From NCBI GenBank assembly GCA_964016885.1, contig OZ024751.1, forward strand, positions 24,304,001 through 24,368,000: a stretch of DNA of 64,000 nt, written 5' to 3'. The notes below the pieces were generated by a model. The model was not told the DNA's origin, searched no databases, and saw nothing but the letters and a program-made list of their open reading frames with translations. The stretch's first letter is position 1, and the number at the start of each line of letters is the position of its first letter. Shown here one piece after another: positions 61,181 to 64,000 of this stretch. The position numbers were made by a program, and so were the translations under genes. The DNA comes from Eledone cirrhosa. Taxonomy: Eukaryota.

Positions 61181-61366
61181 TGGATTGGCAGTATCGGTAG
61201 AGGGTCGGACGCCATGCTCTGAAACATAGAGTTACCTCCCTTTATGATCCGAGTTCAAATCCCGCCGAGGTTAACTTTGCCCGTCATCCTTACGGGGGTC
61301 GATAAAATAAAGTACCAGTAATGCACTGGGATAATTGCTGGCCTGGTGCCAAAAGTAGAAACAATT
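61181..61366 (+). mobile_element. SINE family 1 (plus), intronic
   Basis: Near full-length; tail-to-tail with the copy at 61506. Confidence 0.85.
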
Positions 61367-61505
61367 ATCATTATCCTCTTCTCTTCTTGAAAGGCAAAGC
61401 TAACCTTGACATTATTTGGACTCAGAACGTAAAGGGACGTAACTATGCTGAAAAGCATGGCGTCCGACCCTCTACCGATACTGCCAATCCACCGCCTAAT
61501 AATAA

Positions 61506-61697
61506 TAATTGTTTCGACATTTAGCACAAGGCCAGCAATTATCCCAGTGTACTACTGGTACTTTATTTTATCGACTCCGTAAGGATGAAAGGCAAAGTTA
61601 ACCTCGGCGGGATTTGAACTCAGATCGCAAAGGGTCGTAACTCTACGCCGCAAAGCATAGCCTCCGACTATCTACCGATAGTGCCGATCCACCGCCC
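61506..61697 (-). mobile_element. SINE family 1 (minus), intronic; partial copy at 61388-61497
   Basis: Full-length match to the family. Confidence 0.85.
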
Positions 61698-61721
61698 TCT
61701 AATAATAATAATAATAATAAT

Positions 61722-62025
61722 AATGATTTCTTTATTGGCCACAAGGGCTGACATCAAGAAAAACATTACAGACGGCACAGGACGGTACGATGTGGGTTTT
61801 GTGCGTGTAAATATTTTTATTATTTATATAAGAAAAGAAGAAAAAAAGGACATAGAAACATATATATATATATATATACAATAAAAATGAAAATTGAAAC
61901 AATGAAAGATTCCCCAATAGAGGGGAAACCTCCGAGGGTTACTCGTGGCGAAAACCACACAAAAGACCACGGCCACCCTGACCACCAGGGCAAGCGCCCT
62001 CTCTCAATATTTCCATCTCTCAAAC
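61722..62025 (-). mobile_element. Probable LINE 3' end (GCCCTTGTGGCCAATAAAGAAATC plus microsatellite tail); similar ends at about 28795-28920 and 34245-34305 (plus)
   Basis: Shared terminal motif with a polyA signal directly followed by (ATT)n or (TATC)n. Confidence 0.5.
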
Positions 62026-62061
62026 TACAGACGTATATTCAGTAATAATAATGGTACTTAC

Positions 62062-62189
62062 CGGTATTTTGGTTAACATCTCAGTAATTGGAGGACATAA
62101 CATACCAGATAGTGTCCCAACGCCGTTTGACAACCCCATCAGTATACTAGCGTAACGGGGTGCAATATCAAGATGATTGACGTTAAAAC
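62062..62189 (-). CDS. VGLUT: Vesicular glutamate transporter, penultimate exon; upstream exons lie right of the window
   Basis: TTTTTCTCCTAG acceptor and CCG|GTAAGT donor; 128 nt (2 nt plus 42 codons) encoding (G)[42 protein letters not shown]; splices in frame to 60833. Confidence 0.97.
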
Positions 62190-62826
62190 CTAGGAGAAAA
62201 AATTAAAAAAAGAAAATCAAAACTTTTGTCAGTGGTTACGTTGTCCCGGGAATGGAGATATTTTGTCGTCCAATGTTATACAAGCATGACCCGTAACTCC
62301 CGAAGAAGTCGTGAGGGCGCTGTATTGACATACGATGTTTCTATGGCTTTTTAACACCTGGCGGAACCCATCTTCTCTCCAGGTCTGAATATAGCAGATT
62401 TAATGTAAAGAAAGATAGAGAGAGGGAGAAAATGGAAGTGAGAAAAAGATATAGAGAAATAATCGACCTCAGTACTTAACTGGTACTTTTTTCTCGTCCT
62501 TGACTAAATAAAAGGGTAAAGTTGACCTCGGCAGCATTTGAAATCCGGAATTAGAGGTTCGAAACGAATAATGACTCTGCCAATTCGCCGCCTACCCAAT
62601 GCTATATAGTAAGTTGTTGTGAGATTCCTGTAATGGAGATCTCTCGTCACCCAATGCTATATAGGTAAGTATATACGCATGTAAGTATGTATGTAAGTAT
62701 GTATGCATGTATGTATGTATTAAAGAATGTATGTATGTATAAAAGTGCGTAGTTATCTTTGGATTTTAGTCTTCACATTTATTATTATTACTATATACAT
62801 ATTTATATATATATATATACATATTA

Positions 62827-62857
<31 letters not shown>

Positions 62858-63279
62858 GGGGGGGGGGTGACGGGTTCAATCGGGGGTAACCACAGAAAGT
62901 AAGGTACTCAATACATAGCAGAGTATAAATATTTAATATAGAAATAGCTTCTACAAGACTAGAACTGATTCATTCGGGAGAAATCACCAGGAAAGCCGAC
63001 TGTCAATGAAATATGGTGGCATTGATACATTTTCTGATGGTAGGAGAGCCTGGTGAGTGTGATGGATGGAGGTTCATTGGCTTATGGATTTAAAGAAAGG
63101 GGATTCTTAGTCCTTTGGAAAATCTGCTTCGTAGAATCAAGACGTATCTGAGGACCCTGCGATTTCAGAGTCAGTTTCGATCATCACATCGATCGTGCCT
63201 CAAGCTGGTCGCCACAGAACCGATTGTAATATGTCCAATAGATTCCATTCGTCGCAACACTGATTCTCTTTTTTTCTGT

Positions 63280-63315
<36 letters not shown>

Positions 63316-63891
63316 CGTATTTGTGTATATATATGTGTATCTCCATCTGTGTTTGCATATGCATGTGTCTGTATGTGTATGAGTATCTAAATGACGTACA
63401 ACAAATCAATATTCTTTCCAATAAATAGAGAAACGTGTTTTGTTTTATGATTTGTTTGTGTTAAGTAAAAAAACTCTTAATCAATTGACCTTTCAATATA
63501 ATTACTGATACTATCCCTCTCTCTCTCTCTCTGTTACTCTTTCTCTCTGACTATCTATCTATTTACTTATCTTTTTCTCTCACTCTGACTATCTTTATAT
63601 ATATACATATATATATATATATATAAAAAGTCTGTCTTAAGCCAGAAGGCTCATTTGGCCGGTGCTTATCCCGGTTTCATGGCGTGAAGAGACTGAGAGT
63701 ACAAGACCCCCCCCCCCCCCACGCCACGCTGGACAGGACGCCAGTCCATCGCAGGGTTAAACCTCCTGCTATTGCTGGTAATAATTTTCAGCTGAGTAAA
63801 CTGGAGTAACGTGAAATAAAGTGTCTTGCTCAACACATCACCCGGTCTTTCGATTGCAAGCCTAATGCTTTAACCACTAAGCCATGCGCCT

Positions 63892-63996
<105 letters not shown>

Positions 63997-64000
63997 GTAT

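Noticed and set aside
63000-63265. GC-richer segment as a possible upstream VGLUT exon
   Set aside because: The frames I read contain stops and lack the expected AVGFSGFAIS-type motif. It adjoins a TA-inserted element and is probably a transposon remnant.

Overview
AT-rich, microsatellite-saturated animal genomic DNA. It is most likely a coleoid cephalopod (octopus), inferred from the SINE types and (TA)n density but not proven. Coding content is small. The last two exons of a vesicular glutamate transporter (SLC17A6/7/8 family) lie on the minus strand at 62062-62189 and 60552-60833. A probable first coding exon of an unidentified minus-strand gene lies at 883-1080. Almost all ORF-track entries are microsatellite artefacts. 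The remainder is repeats: about 30 tRNA-derived SINE copies with a strong minus-strand bias, hAT, piggyBac and Tc1/mariner MITEs, non-autonomous Helitrons, 3' ends of R4/Dong-like, RTE and other LINEs, and a 200-N gap. The most striking signal is about 20 type I hammerhead-ribozyme motifs from roughly 10 unrelated short-element families, almost all sitting inside (TA)n tracts and often as long inverted repeats. They show compensatory base changes, family-specific self-complementary stem III sequences and a shared downstream hairpin. This is consistent with a diverse population of Penelope-like/retrozyme-type elements targeting microsatellites.
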